Positions 39,054 to 53,000 of a stretch of 64,000 bases of DNA are shown here, one piece after another. The stretch lies in assembly GCF_964355755.1 (NCBI RefSeq), contig NC_092674.1, positions 6,014,001 to 6,078,000 of the forward strand, in the 5' to 3' direction. Position 1 is the stretch's first letter. Every line of letters starts with the position of its first letter. The notes under the pieces are model-generated. The model did not search any database. It saw only the letters and a program-made list of their open reading frames with translations, and was not told the DNA's origin. Position numbers and translations under genes: made by a program. The stretch is from Antedon mediterranea. Its lineage: Eukaryota > Animalia > Echinodermata.

Positions 39054-41951
39054 ATGGTAAAAACAAATACAACAGGTGTCCGCCGTGGTACTCGGTACAT
39101 GTTCTCAAAAGGCTATAAAGAAAATGGCGTTGAGCATCTTAGTACTTACATGACCCTCTACAAGACTGGCGACTATGTTGATATCAAGGTTTGTTAGCCT
39201 TTTTATTTTAAGCATAAAGTTCCGTCCCCAATCCCCAAAAGGGAACCGAAACATCCATCTCATTACAGTAGAACCTGTGTTTTACGTACCCTAATTTTAC
39301 GTTCCCTGGATTTTATGTACGCTTAAAATAACCGATGACGTCATCATTTTCTTACATTGAGGGCGCAATTTAACAACAACAAACAAAGCCATGGCTGTGT
39401 AAGGAATTCTGCTGTGTGAGACAAGCTACACACGTGCATTCCCCCTACAGCAGCGACTGTTTTTATTGATAGAAAATACAAGAACATTGATATTAAACGC
39501 ACAGGCCGTATATACTGTACTTTTCTAGTAGAGCCTCACATCTTGCTAGGCCTGCTAGCCTGGCCTGAATAGTCTAGGCAAGGCCTAGCTAGTTACCACC
39601 TGCATGCTGTACAGTAAAGTAGGCCTAGGCAAAGACGGTAGCCTTTATAGCTACGATCTCTGCGTATTTGGGGTCAATTTAAGGTCAACCTGGATTTTAC
39701 GAATCTCCTGTTTTACGTACGCCTTTCGATCCCGTACCGTACATAAAATGAAGGTTCTACTGTACTTCCCTCAAGTTGATTTTTACATTGCTTTGCTTGT
39801 TGTGACTTAGGATTGGTGATTCTATCCATGACAAACAACACAAGTTTTTTAAGTACTTAAAAAAAAAAATTGATGTAATATAAATGAAGATTTCAAATTT
39901 TGTGTACTTTTTAATATTGAATGATTTTGAATATTAGGCCAATCTGCTGTACGATACTCTTTTGTTTTCTGTAGGGAAACGGTGCATTTCAGAAAGGTAT
40001 GCCATACAAAGCCTACCATGGTAAGACTGGCCGCATTTACAATATAACACCGCACGCAGTTGGTGTGGTTGTCAACAAACAAATCAAGTAAGTTTATCTG
40101 TGTGCACCAATATTCAAATGAGGGTGGTAAGGATATCAAACTGCACTCAAATTGGTCAAATGAGTTTTTTTTTTCTGGTTTCAAAATGCTAGGTGGAACG
40201 CCTTTAAGCTCCATGTTTACACTATCAAAGTAGATGGACAAAAAAAGTGTGATGTGGCCAAATATGGTAGTGATATGACATCATGTTGTCCATATATGGG
40301 CACATCACTTATGGGATAGAGTTCCAAAGAATTGTATGTTTTGGCAGTACCTTTTATTGCCACAAAAAAAAAAATATACATATATTTAAAAAATGGTAGC
40401 TGGTTAGTTTAGTGGTTATGACAAATAAATGAATTTTGAATTGATAAATAACTATTTGTGATTTTTGTTTGTAGACATCGCATCATTGCAAAGAGAATCA
40501 ATGTACGAGTTGAGCACATCAAGCCATCACAGTGCAGGACTGACTTCTTAAACCGAGTTGCAAAGAACGAGCAGATGAAAAAAGCTGCAAAGGAGACTGG
40601 TGAAAGGTTGAACCTTAGGCGACAGGTAAGAGTTTTTTTCAACTACACGTTCTGTTATAATTTAACTCTAGGCTGTTTAAAACTATCTACATTTTGTGTT
40701 AATATTATAGTCAGTTCCCCATGTCAAAAAAAGTGAATGTGCCAATCATAGAGAAAGTGTAAACATTGTCTATAAAAACCCATGTTGTTAAATTTCTAAA
40801 ATTCATCTTTGACCTCTGACCTTAATTTGAATATTTTTACCCATTACCTAAACTTTAAGTAACAATATTCACCACCACAGAACACTTGCCCTACAAATTA
40901 GAAATATACAAGTCTAAAATGAATAGCACTTAAGTGAAATCCTGAAATATTTATTGACTTAAAGCTCAGGTACAGGCATGAATTTTAAATATAATATCTG
41001 GTTAATTGTACATAAATCAAGACGAGAAAACATGAATTTCCCTTAATATGGTCAAATACAAAATTTGGCAAAATTCTGCCATAAAAACCAGGAAGACTTT
41101 TTTCAGTAGTTAGGTAGTTCAACCTAAAGTAATAACATGTCTGGTGACTCCCTAGAAGGTGAAAAAAGATGGTGGATAAACATTGGATAATTTTTGCTAT
41201 AGCATGAAAATAAAAATCTGAAGTTGAATAAAAATACCAGAAATGTAAAATTCAAATTATATTACCTATATTTTGTCATGTCTGATAACATTTTTTACCA
41301 CACCGTTTATTTTTCATAGCTTTTTAAAATGCTTCTCTATTTACAAAATTTGTGTACAAAAGAATAAAGATTTTACTCTGTAATTTGAACTATCCCCCCC
41401 CCCACCCCACTGATAAGAAAGTGCTTATTTTCAACAAGCTCGTGTAACACAAATAAAATCCCAAAAATTATGAAACTAGGGGAAACTATAGATCGATAAT
41501 TATTGGAATGTATGATCAATAGAAATTTTTTTCCCGTACCTGGCCTTTAAGTAAAATATTTGACTTTGGTGAATACAGCCACAGGCAGTTATATTCAGCC
41601 TGAGTCAACTTAAATATACTCTGGTTTTTTGTTGTTTTTTTAATATTAAATTGTACCTTATTTTTTTATGTTTGGCAGCCCTTGACAAATTTTTGCTTTT
41701 AGGTTTCGCCACTCTTATTTATAATTTTTTATCACAAACTCTGTACAGAAAAAGAAAAATAAATGTTCTGAAATGACAATGCTTTCAGGAACACAAAATT
41801 ATCCCCATCGCATTGCCTACAATATTAGTTAGTTAATATAATTCATTCATTTCTTTCTCAGGCTAAACAACCCAGACCAGCACACTTTGTCACAACAAAG
41901 AACAACCAACCACAACTGGTAGAGCCCATCCCATATGAGTTCATTGCATAA
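39054..41951 (+). CDS. RPL21: 60S ribosomal protein L21 (eL21), 162 aa
   Basis: Exons 39054-39188, 39975-40087, 40475-40625, 41862-41951 (489 nt). [60 protein letters not shown] at 41998. Confidence 0.98.
39266..39762. mobile_element. Tc1/mariner-like MITE in RPL21 intron 2
   Basis: CAGTAGAACCT...AGGTTCTACTG with TA TSD; subterminal ttttacgtac repeats. Confidence 0.8.
40963..41546. mobile_element. Kolobok-like non-autonomous element in RPL21 intron 4
   Basis: TTAA flanks; AGCTCAGGTAC / GTACCTGGCCT. Confidence 0.6.
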
Positions 41952-42081
41952 ATGTCTACAGGCTTAAAAATTGTATTTACATTGTAAATCGTCTGATAAT
42001 AAAATCAAATGAAAGACTGAATATTTGTGTTATTTTCCTTTCAAGAAGTATGTAGTTATAGGTTTGGAGTTCTGGGTCCTG

Positions 42082-42370
42082 GCTGTGATTAAAATGTCTA
42101 AATCTGCTTTCACATCGCGCGTGGAAAATGGGTTCAGTGGTAAAGCATATCGTTTACAACAAATTCGGACTTGGAATTCGATGCAATGGATCATGAAGCC
42201 ATTTTTTTTCTGAAATTATACGATTTTTTTCTTACCGAACAACAGTGAGCATGAATGGCCTCACTTGACAACAGATAAATAAATTTGTGGTTGATGTGAA
42301 AGCGCACTTAACGCTCACAGTATTTAACTCCAAGCGTCTGACCGAATCTGGGCGCGATGTGAAATCAGCG
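42082..42370. mobile_element. Harbinger-like MITE between RPL21 and ETFDH 3' ends
   Basis: ctgctttcacatcgcgc / gcgcgatgtgaaatcagcg. Confidence 0.6.
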
Positions 42371-43024
42371 TTATTCACAGATTCCTAAATACATTACAAA
42401 ATGAAAACTTCAATGAAATATAACATACTTTAATTTAACAGATACCAATGACAATCAAATGCTAAATTAATGTGCGAAACCTGATTTAACTGATTTCACA
42501 CCCGTACAGTATAAATATTGCAAAGCATCGGTATATTAAATATATGATAAAGAAATGGAATACATATCCCAGGCATTTCCACTACTGTAATGCACACAAA
42601 TTCAGTCAATCACAATACCCATAAAATTCACAATATTTTAATTAATTTAAAGTCTTAAATGCTCTTAATAGCTCCCTTCTACACCCGCCATACTACCCAA
42701 TTCACCATACTGTATCAACACAAATTCGTACCAGTATCATAGGCAATTATACGGTGTCACATGTGGCACCTGTATTATAATAAGGTTTAGTTTATGGCCT
42801 ATGATAGGCATCACATGTAAACACTGTATCACATTATTTGCCCATGATACTGGAAAGTTATAGATACAGTACCGGGAATAGGTAAGCCATTCACACACTG
42901 TATTGTATCATTAAATTCAATAAGTAACCTTTAACTAATATATTCTGTATCATGGTATAGTCTTCATTATCATTTCTTTACCGATTTAGTAACATCTTCT
43001 TGTTATCTATACATTATATAAATC

Positions 43025-46000
43025 TTACATGCCGCTGTATGCGGGCCCACCACCAGCTTCCGGTACGACCCAGTTGATGTTCTGACTTGGATCTTTTATA
43101 TCGCATGTTTTGCAGTGTACGCAGTTTTGAGCGTTTATTTGTAATCGCATTCCGTCGCCCTCTTCAACCGGTACATACTCGTAAACACCTGAAAAAAGTT
43201 TGTATTAATATATGATTTAATAAATGTTTCGCCAAATATGACATAGACGCTAGGTGCATGCCTTAGTTTATGACGCCATAATCAGAAATATAAAAAGGCC
43301 TGATAGAGTAGGACACCTATTCTGGGGACACTCCTATTAAGTGGACAATAGGGATTCTACTGTATGAAGATGAATAGCATATCTTTACATAATAATTTTG
43401 AGTGAAAACTATACCACAAGACATGGAGTAAACTATTACCAATCGGTTTCAAACGTTGTATTTAATAATATTCAGTCTTTACCTGCCGGGCAAAACCTTT
43501 GTTCTGGTCCGTCATACACGGCAAGATTTCTCTCAACCGGGACATCATCATTCATAAGCGTTAAATGGGCAGGCTGGTTACCCTCATGGTTTGTTCCGCT
43601 CAATGCGACTGAACTTAGTAAGTCGAAGCTGATCTCGCCATCTGGTTTAGGATATTCAATAGGGGTGCATTGTGAGGCTGGTTTTAAGGTCTCGGAATCC
43701 TTATCTAATAAGAAATCAATACAATATTATTATTATTGATATGTATATAGAAGAACCTCGATGAAGGGAGAACTACAGTATCAGGTAAATGCGGGTCTCC
43801 CCTGAAGAGGTTAATTATTGCCAAAAAATGGGCTTGCAAAACAAGGAAGACCAGCACTCATATACATTGATGTACTATAGATAGATACTGGTATGCAGAG
43901 AGAAGAACTAGCTGTCACAATGGCAGATAGGAAATTATGGAGGAATCTAGTCATATAAGTTCTAGTATGTCCCGGACTAAGTAAGTATATTTTCCTTTGT
44001 GAAGCAAAATCAGATGAACAACTCACGTTTATGTTTTAAAGTCCATGGTTCTTTTCCCCTGCCGATGAAATAGAATAGTCCTGTATACATCATGGTCCCT
44101 AGAACTCCAAGAGGTGAGTGAAAGGATGGACGGATGTTCCGTACGGAATACAACTCCTTCCAAATCCAACTACTCTTGATGCGATCTTCATAATCATCAC
44201 AATAAATACCTAATTTCAAGACAACAAATTTGTAAAAAAAAGGGATGATCATTTTACGTGGGTTACATTACAGATGGATGGGGAGACCTTGGAACCCAAC
44301 ACTAGGCCTAGAGGAGCGATCAATCACTGTTTACCCGAGTAAGTGGTCAAGCGGTTAAGACAGTGGAAGTGTAATTATGTAGCCATAACATCGGCAAGGG
44401 TTCGAGGCTCAATTGCTCCATGGTTCTGGTGGTAGAAACTTTACAGTGTACACATCTAGCTCATACAGAATACAGAAATTTATTGGTCCAAAAGGAAATT
44501 CGTTTTGTTGAAAAGCTCTCAAATAATTAATTATAAATATATAAATAGTCATGAATACAAAAATACAAGATCTTATCAAAATATGAATAAACATCAAACA
44601 TAGAAAAAAATATAAAAAATACTATATCGTAACATATAAAAATATAAAAAATATATATATATATATTAGCAGTATTATATACAATTAAAACAAATTACAT
44701 TTTCAATCTATCTTTTAATAGTTGCGTTATATAAATGGCAAGAATTTGGAACAAAAGACTTTCGAAGACGATCATGATCTCCTCTTAGTGGACGTAGCCT
44801 GATACCCGATCTGTTTAAAACATAGTACTTATTTAGTGGGTGTGTGTGGTCATTCATAATCATGTTAACTTTATGTAATACTCTTTTTTCATATGTTTGT
44901 TGAATAGTTGATAGGTCAGAGCCAATAATTTTGTCAGCACGCTTCCTAACTCGTTCTAATTTTACTTTGTTCTCATTTGTAAGACCAAAAAACAACGATA
45001 TTAAACTAATGGTTAAATGTGCCTAGTACATCTTTCGAGACGAGTAGGGGTTACCACGGTGTACTAGAACATCACAGCCACTCATCATCATAACTGGGAC
45101 CTCTGGGAGACCAGTCGGCCAGTGTAAATAAATAACAACAAACATACCTGCTGTTTCTGATGTTAAATTTTCATTGCTGAGTTTGTCAAAGATTGATTCT
45201 GCCGCCAGCATGCCGCTCTTCATTGCGTTATGCGTTCCTTTAATCTTTGGTACGTTCATAAATCCAGGACTGCAACCAACTAATACGCCACCAGGAAACG
45301 CCAACTTGGGAATGGACTGGAGAATAAAATTAATCGGTAAATATACGCTTGATAATTTATATATCAACTGTACAGTCAATTTTCCCACAACTCTCAGAAA
45401 ACATTCCATAAACCAAAACCAACAGTAGAATGCCATTAAGAGGACATCTTCGGGACCCAAAAAAGTAATAGGGGTGTCTGCTCTTTAGGGGTTGGCCGTT
45501 GTGTTTAAGTGGTGCCTCAAAAGGAGGAGTTCCACTGTTTTTTTACAGGGGGAGCAATACAAATAGCAATACAAGAAGAACATGTTAATAATACAATAGG
45601 ATAGGATGAGGACAGTGAATGCACAGACTCACCATTACAAGTACTCGTTGTTGTTGCTGGGATACGACATTATAATAAAAGATATATTAGTTGGTTCTTT
45701 TGTCTTTTATATTTTTTAAGGAAAGCCAAGATATTAGCACTGAAATTTTCAGTATATTGGATAATAAAAGGAATCTGTATCTGTATACAAATAAAATAGA
45801 ACATATTACCTGTAGGCCACCCTCGTTGAGAGCCCTTGCGCCATATGCTATTCTTTTACCGCCTTCAAATGTTGGTTTAATTGCTGGATGATGCTTAAAC
45901 CTCTGAAACTCCTTGTAAGGGCTTAGGTATGGGTTGGTGTAGTCCAAACCAATGACGAAGCCTACCGACACCAAAGGTGAACCTTCATCAAGGTGATATA

Positions 46001-49000
46001 TAAACGAGCCTCCATACGTTTGTATATTCTAATTAAATATGTAAAAAATATTATAATGCAATAAGTATATAAACTAAAGTTACTGTAGATGTTTGTAATA
46101 AGTTTTTGTTTAAAGGTATATAACAGCACAGCCAAAAATGTTTGTTTTGTTTATAGGCAGATTGCCAAGGAGTCTGGAGTTAAGTTGTAAATACAATAGT
46201 TGAATATTATACGGTGTCTCAGTTAAACTATGGAGTGTTAAACACTGTATACAACCTTTCTACAGTATTTTATAATTGATAGCCTTTGGGTATGGAGTGC
46301 CAAACATAATAGGTACAATGTCAAAATTTGTAAATGTATATAATTTTTATTGCACTATGCTGCATCTAATGCTCCGTCTACACTATCAAACTTTTTGTGA
46401 CAAAAAAAGTGTGATGTGCCTAACTATAGTAGTGATATGCCCAAATATGGTAGTGACATTATCATCATGTCCATATATAGGCACATCACATTTTTGTTCT
46501 CCCATAAAGTGTAGAAAAGGATTTAGCAATTGTGGAAATTTGCACATTCTCACAAATATAATTGCATTGCTATAAGCATAATTAAGCTGTTATTAATAAA
46601 CAAAAGTTTTTGTTACCAATGGCCAACCAACAGTGTGTTCAACTTTACCAGGCTCATGTTTAGCTGGATCAATTTCCCATAGCTGAAAAATAAAATAGTT
46701 TATATTGTTTTCTTCTCAAAATTTACGTACTAAGATCATAACAGTACCACAAACTCACATCAAACAGTTCATAATAATAAACAAAAACATTCAAAAAAAA
46801 ATCTTACTTCTTTGATACCAATAGCATATGTCTGAGGATCACAATTTTCCCTTAGATTAAAAGTCTTGTAAAGTTGTTTTGATAGATGTCCATGGCAACC
46901 CTCGCCAAATACAGTTACTTTTGCATGTAGTTCCATACCTCTCTCAAAGTTAGGCTGACAATAAAAGGTCAAAGGTCAACTTTAACAACATAACAATCAT
47001 GGTAGGCACTGTACCAGGTGGGAGGAAAAGAGGAAGAACTAAGAAACACTGGAAAGACAACAACATCAAAGAATGGACCAAACTGACTCACAATAAGACA
47101 CTGAGGGTGGCAGAGGACAGGGCCACATGGAGGAGAGTGGTTAAATCATCTACGGAGCCCCAACAGCCCCTCACTCTCCAAACGGCTAAAGGGTTAAAAT
47201 CAGGTCAAGGTTCACTTTGTTTGTGTATGTTTATCTTAAAGTGATTGAGTAAAGATTTTTTATTAAATCAACATCTAAAATCAAAGTGACACTTCCCATG
47301 AAATTAATAAATATAAAATATATATTTAAAACTACAGTAAAATCAGCCCACATCAAGTGTAGTGTAGACAAGGCTTAATTACCTTAGGTGATCCATCTTT
47401 TGCGATTCCTACATCTGATGTTGCCACACCCTTGACACTCCCATCTTCATGGTATAGAACCTATGATCAATAAAAAAAAAATGTCTGTCAATCTTAACTG
47501 CTGTTGAAAACTATAGCTTGTCTTATTGAAAGGATGCTTTGGAGTGTTTTTCGTTTCTCACTGTTCGATTTATAAAATAATCAATTTTTAAAATGTTATG
47601 ATAGCCCCAATAGTCTATTGGAGTTTCTCTATCAATTTCAAATTGACGTATGATGATTATAGATATATAAAATATTTCTTACCTCACTGGCTGGGTAGCC
47701 AGGGTATATCTCTACTCCAAGCTCTTCCGCCTGTTCACCTAACCACTTCACAACATTTCCAAGTCTGACAATGTAATTACCATGATTGTACATAGGAAGA
47801 CCTAAAATAAGGAAACAGTTAACAGCTATTAGTATCGAAAAGTCTCAAACTCATTATTTGTCTAACCATACTAAAACTCTGTCTACACTATCAAACTATA
47901 TGTGACAATAAAATATGTGATGTGCCCATATATGGACAGGATGATGTCAAATTTGGGAACATCACATTTTTTTGACAAGTTTGATAGTGTGGACAAGGTC
48001 TTAAACATACCTTTCATTATTGGGATTCTAATACTACGTTTCTCTGTTAGAAACAAGAAAACATCTTTCTTTACTTGAGTCTTCATTGGTGCTCCTCGTT
48101 CTTTCCAGTCTGGTATCAATTCATCAAAGGCATGCATCTCTAAACAAGCTCCTGATAAAGTATGGGCACCTAGAAAACATACAAATATATATATAACTGA
48201 ATATCATCGAGCAAAAGCTAGTGGAACTGTAGCTTAGCGTTCAATCACAAGGTCCAGGGTTCGATCTTGAACCTAGATTAGGGTTGTGTTTACGCCCAAT
48301 TGGTTCTACTCCACTGGCTAATCATGGAGTCCTGCCCTAATGAAATTTAGTTTATATAAGCATGATATATTTTATCCCTTCTGTAAGTGGCAAGTTGCTT
48401 GTTGTTGGATGTGTATGAAACAAAACAATTAAGCTATAACCAGAAAATAAAAATTATTGTTTTACTAAATGAATGAGAGCAGCCACACATGAAGCCATAC
48501 ATCACCAGTGCTCCAAATGAAATAAATACAACAAATTAATTTAATTTAGTTAATCATGCACTAACTTATTTTTAAAATACTGCGGTTTGAACAACAATTT
48601 GACCAGGACTGTAAATATTTTTACATCGGTCACTTCTAAACAACACGCAACCACACGTCATACAGTACATTAGTACAATGTTGCTATGTTTAGTGCTACT
48701 ACAATTAGATGGAATATTTAGAGGGTTGGGTTCAATTTTGATTGATTCAGTGAGGTTGATTATTTAGGGGTTACAGTATGTTAAAATAGGAGTACTAGCA
48801 TGCATTTAATTAATGCCTTGTGTGATGCGCATGTGGTACTTTAATGTATATCGTTGTGTGGCATGTAGTGGCGCGTGGTGTTTAGTAGGACCAGTTAACA
48901 AACCTATTTCTGTGGCTTTTTCTACCACACAGACCCTCAAATCATGATTTTTCTCTTGGCTAAGTTGTTTAAGTCTGATAGCTGTTGAAAGTCCCGCTGG

Positions 49001-50013
49001 TCCACCGCCTACAATCAAAACATCGACATCATCCCCAAATCGCTCCATGTCCACATCTAGACAACAAACAAACAAAACTTTTCTTTTAATTTTTAAAAAG
49101 GGGTTACCGGTAATGATTGGATACAGTTAAGTTTGAGGATGTTGCTGGCTTGATATTTCTCAATAAATATGTTCTGTGGTAGTGAGGCCCACATGAGTTG
49201 TGAATTGGATTTGGAAAACTGCATTTGCCTTTATATTTTTCAACTGAACTCTTTCCAACCCTAAATATGTTTGGGAGAGAGAGGCACATTCCACCCCACC
49301 CCATCCCCGCATGAGTTGTGAATTGGATTTGAAAAACAACTGCATTTAATAAAACTTTATTTCACCTTTCCAGCGCTCGTCATTCTCACGTGGTACCACT
49401 GTGTAATGTGTGGTTATTTTATTTTTTGTACTTGAACTCATAGACAGACATCGTGACCCAATTTGATTGAGTAAATGGCCTGAAAAAAGTAAAAAATAAA
49501 ATATTAATTTACAAAAATAAATTACAATCGAATCGAGGGGACATATACTTAATAATAGACCTCTCTCTAGGCTAGGCCTACTAGCCTAAATTACTTTTTT
49601 TTATATTATCATTTTGTCAAAAAAGTATATATTTTTTGAAAATTAAGATCAATTCATGATAGAAACAGTACAGAGTGTCAGAACCCTAGTGCGATTTTCA
49701 TCACAAGGTCAAGGTCCTTAGCTAGGCCTAGCTACATATTAGGCGGCCGCGTAGACAGGTGAAGTAGCCCTCATTTGGTCAGTGACTCACTCACACAGTG
49801 CAGTGTGACAATCGTGAACTTGGCCTACAACTAACCAAAGTGTAAATTACATCATAATATCCTAAACTGGATAATAAATTACACCGATTTACTTTGTGAA
49901 CCAATAATAACGAGTTGTAAATGTTTTTATGTAATAAAGCAAGTTCTAAAATAGGTAAAATAGTAAATTTACGTACCAAAACATTTAGGTTTCATCACCC
50001 ACTGTAGCGCCAT
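43025..50013 (-). CDS. ETFDH: Electron transfer flavoprotein-ubiquinone oxidoreductase, mitochondrial, 609 aa
   Basis: 13 exons: 49977-50013, 49366-49479, 48904-49056, 48011-48169, 47683-47801, 47383-47460, 46808-46954, 46617-46682, 45810-46028, 45148-45316, 44027-44209, 43483-43704, 43025-43188 (1830 nt). FAD motif [29 protein letters not shown], and 4Fe-4S RFCPAGVYE...[13 protein letters not shown]. Confidence 0.98.
43800..43987 (+). mobile_element. RTE-like LINE 3' fragment
   Basis: GRP...[11 protein letters not shown]-type C-terminus and (taag)n tail. Confidence 0.5.
44337..45118 (+). mobile_element. Deu-type SINE split by an antisense LINE fragment (~44464-45016)
   Basis: SINE head 44337-44463 and body 45017-45118; the inserted minus-strand [17 protein letters not shown]...HPLNKYY...RKSFVP is an RT C-terminus. 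Confidence 0.75.
46997..47197 (+). mobile_element. RTE-like LINE 3' fragment
   Basis: [19 protein letters not shown]...[11 protein letters not shown]. Confidence 0.7.
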
Positions 50014-53000
50014 CTTTAGTTTGAATTTAGCAACTTTTTAAAGATACGTCGTGTGCGTGATGTATTTTTATTTTTTTAATGTGACCGGGTCGAAACCCGC
50101 ACTAATCAAATGTAGGCGTACCAGCATTGGCAATTTATTTAATTCCTCCATAGGTAAAGCAGGGAAATGTAAAATAAATTTATATTTTATCTCACTGGTA
50201 CAAGTAGCTATTAAATCGGTCGGACATAAATTCAAAGTAAAACAATGTATTAGAATATTTAATGTATATAAAATAAATAAATAAACCTTATTTATATTTT
50301 ATAGATTAATTATACGAAAATTATATAAGAAAACAATATGTATTATTAAAGAAAGAGGTAGCAGATATTATACTACTACTGATCTTAAAATAATATAATA
50401 CTAGAGGCCTTTAAATGCGGATAGCCTATATATAACAGTTAGAATTTAAAACATCTGTTATGCATATATCTGTAAAGAAAAGTTGATATTGAAGTATTAA
50501 GTTTAAGCCATTATTTCCAAAATGTTATATTATAGATCATATTAGCTATATCATATATAATAGAAATACAAGCGCAACCAAATTTTCAAGTTATTTAAGT
50601 CAGCTATGATACGTAACTTTAAAAAAAGTTAGGATAGTGATTGTAGACGCCTTAAAAAAAGATAATGAGTTACCACCTCGGATGTTCGATTTCAATCCTA
50701 AACTGTATTAAGTTAAATTCTAGTTTTTGAAATATCTAAAGGCTGGGTGGAAAGAATCTATTGATCATTACATTACAATAATTATCGATCTATATTTTAC
50801 ACTGTGTTTCATATTTTTATACCTTATACATCAATTATGTATAGGAGGAATAATCAAATAATGACTACACGCAAAAAAGCAAAATTAAAAACTAAATAAA
50901 ACTTGACGGCCTTTCGGTTGATCTTTTTCTTTAAATTACTTTCTTTCAAATAAATACATTTGTTTTTTAATTAATTATTTGTCAAATTTTAATAACTATG
51001 TGTATTTATTAATGTTTCTTCGGATTTTAAGACCAATCAAAATATTAGTAATTTCTTAATAAATTGAGGGCGCCAAACTAACCCAGTTTATTGAGAGTGG
51101 TAGTAGAAGTGTGGTAGTCTCTCTAGTAACAACACGACTGACTAAACATTGGAAGCAGACGACCCAGGCATGTGAAGTTTTTTGAGAATTATATATCTTA
51201 CTGTTGTAAGAAATATAACATAACTATCAGAGTAACAAGGTAAGATCTTGTAATAACTTGTGTTAGTACCGCAGTTAATGTTTGATCAAACCTGGCCCTG
51301 TGGTCGAGCGTCCATGTGTGGTTAAAAGGCCTAATTGTTTTCGCATAGAATTTGATAAATGTAGCCCTGGGGAATTTTGAAGGCAATAGGTTGGAATTAA
51401 CAGTGTTTCATGTGTTAATTGTCGGTTTCTTTTATCGCATTATGTAAACGAGTGACATTATTAAAGGTTAGTAAACACAGTACTGCAATATATTACAATT
51501 AATAATTATCATGTAGGCTAATGTAATCATATTTTGGAATTTTTAAATAAAATACATATATTCATTTGATTAATTCTTTTTACACCTGTAATTAAATGAT
51601 ATATATATCCTTTTAATTAGCTATTTTTCAAAACAAAATTTAAAGGAAATAAGAATCATTAAATATATATTTTTTTGTTTTAATGATAGAACTCTAAAAA
51701 GTGTCATGTCTTGGTTAATTTAAAATATGTTCATGTCAGTTAATAATAGCTCTGTTACTATCATTGCTTTAGTTTAAATTGTGTAGTTTGTATTTGAATT
51801 GATTGATTTGATTCCAAAGGTGAAGCATCCAAATAAATAAATAAAATAAATATGTACTTTATATATTTATTTACTTTATTTGTAGCAATAAAATGGGCAA
51901 AATATAAAGTAACAACAGTTAAAAATGTATTGTCTGCCAAAAACATGAAAAATGAATATATAATAATACTTGAATAGGTCAAGTTAATCACTTTAGTATA
52001 ACAAAAAATAAATAAAATAAAATTACAAAATAAATCGTTAAATCCAACCATAAACCCATTGGCTGGCTGCCAATTTGACTATTTTCGCTTTAAATTACAG
52101 TCTTTTCAGATAAATAAATTTCTCTTCTGAAATAAATAAATAAAATAAATATGTACTTTATTTATGAATTTATTTACTTTTGTACAAAAAAGTAGCAACA
52201 CTTAAATAAATAAATAAATAAATATGTACTTTAAACATTATTATTTGCAATAAATGGCACAGAGTAACTACACTTAAAAATTTAAAACCAATTGTTGAAA
52301 CTATTTAAAGTAAAAAGCATCTGAAATATTATAAATGAATAAATATGTACTTTAAACAATTTTAGCAACGCCAAAGGCCAATATGTTAAAAGCCATTTTA
52401 TGGCAAATGCACCGCCCATGTTTGACACAGTTACACAGAGTTATTTATAGTATTACTATATACACAGTTTATCATTTTAATATTTGCTTTGCTCAATTAT
52501 ATTGGTAATAAAAAGAACACTTGTAACATAGACTGCCACCGCGGATGTATAAAGCTCTATCTACACTACCAAACTAGTTTGACAGTTTGAGTTTGACTAC
52601 TTGCAGGTAGAATTCCATAAAGATTGATTCAATGCGATTGAGTAATGATACTATAAAGTTATGTTTTTAGTTTTAACTTTCAATTATACTTGTAAAGCTC
52701 TGTATAGACTATCAAAATTTATGTGACAAAAAAATGTGATGTGCCCATTTATGGACATGATGATGTCATATCACTACCATATTTGTTCACATCACTACCA
52801 TATTTGGGCACATCATACTGTTTATTTCATTTTCATTTGTTGATAGAGTCTTCTTAAGCTTTCACTTTTGTGACCATCAATTTTTCTTATTGTTTGTTAG
52901 GCACTCTCTGGTTGTAATCTCTTTCTAGTTGTGTTTTAAACTCATTATTTGACCTTAGAATCTCATTATTTGACCTTAGAATTTACTGCAATGGGCAGTT

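Noticed and set aside
39190-41860. SNORA27/SNORD102 homologs in RPL21 introns 2-4
   Set aside because: Only weak hairpins and ACA triplets; no recognisable guide or box set, and the introns are largely MITE-derived.
49191-49347. ~33-bp direct repeat in ETFDH intron 2
   Set aside because: Looks like a simple local duplication around a small repeat fragment; no functional signal.
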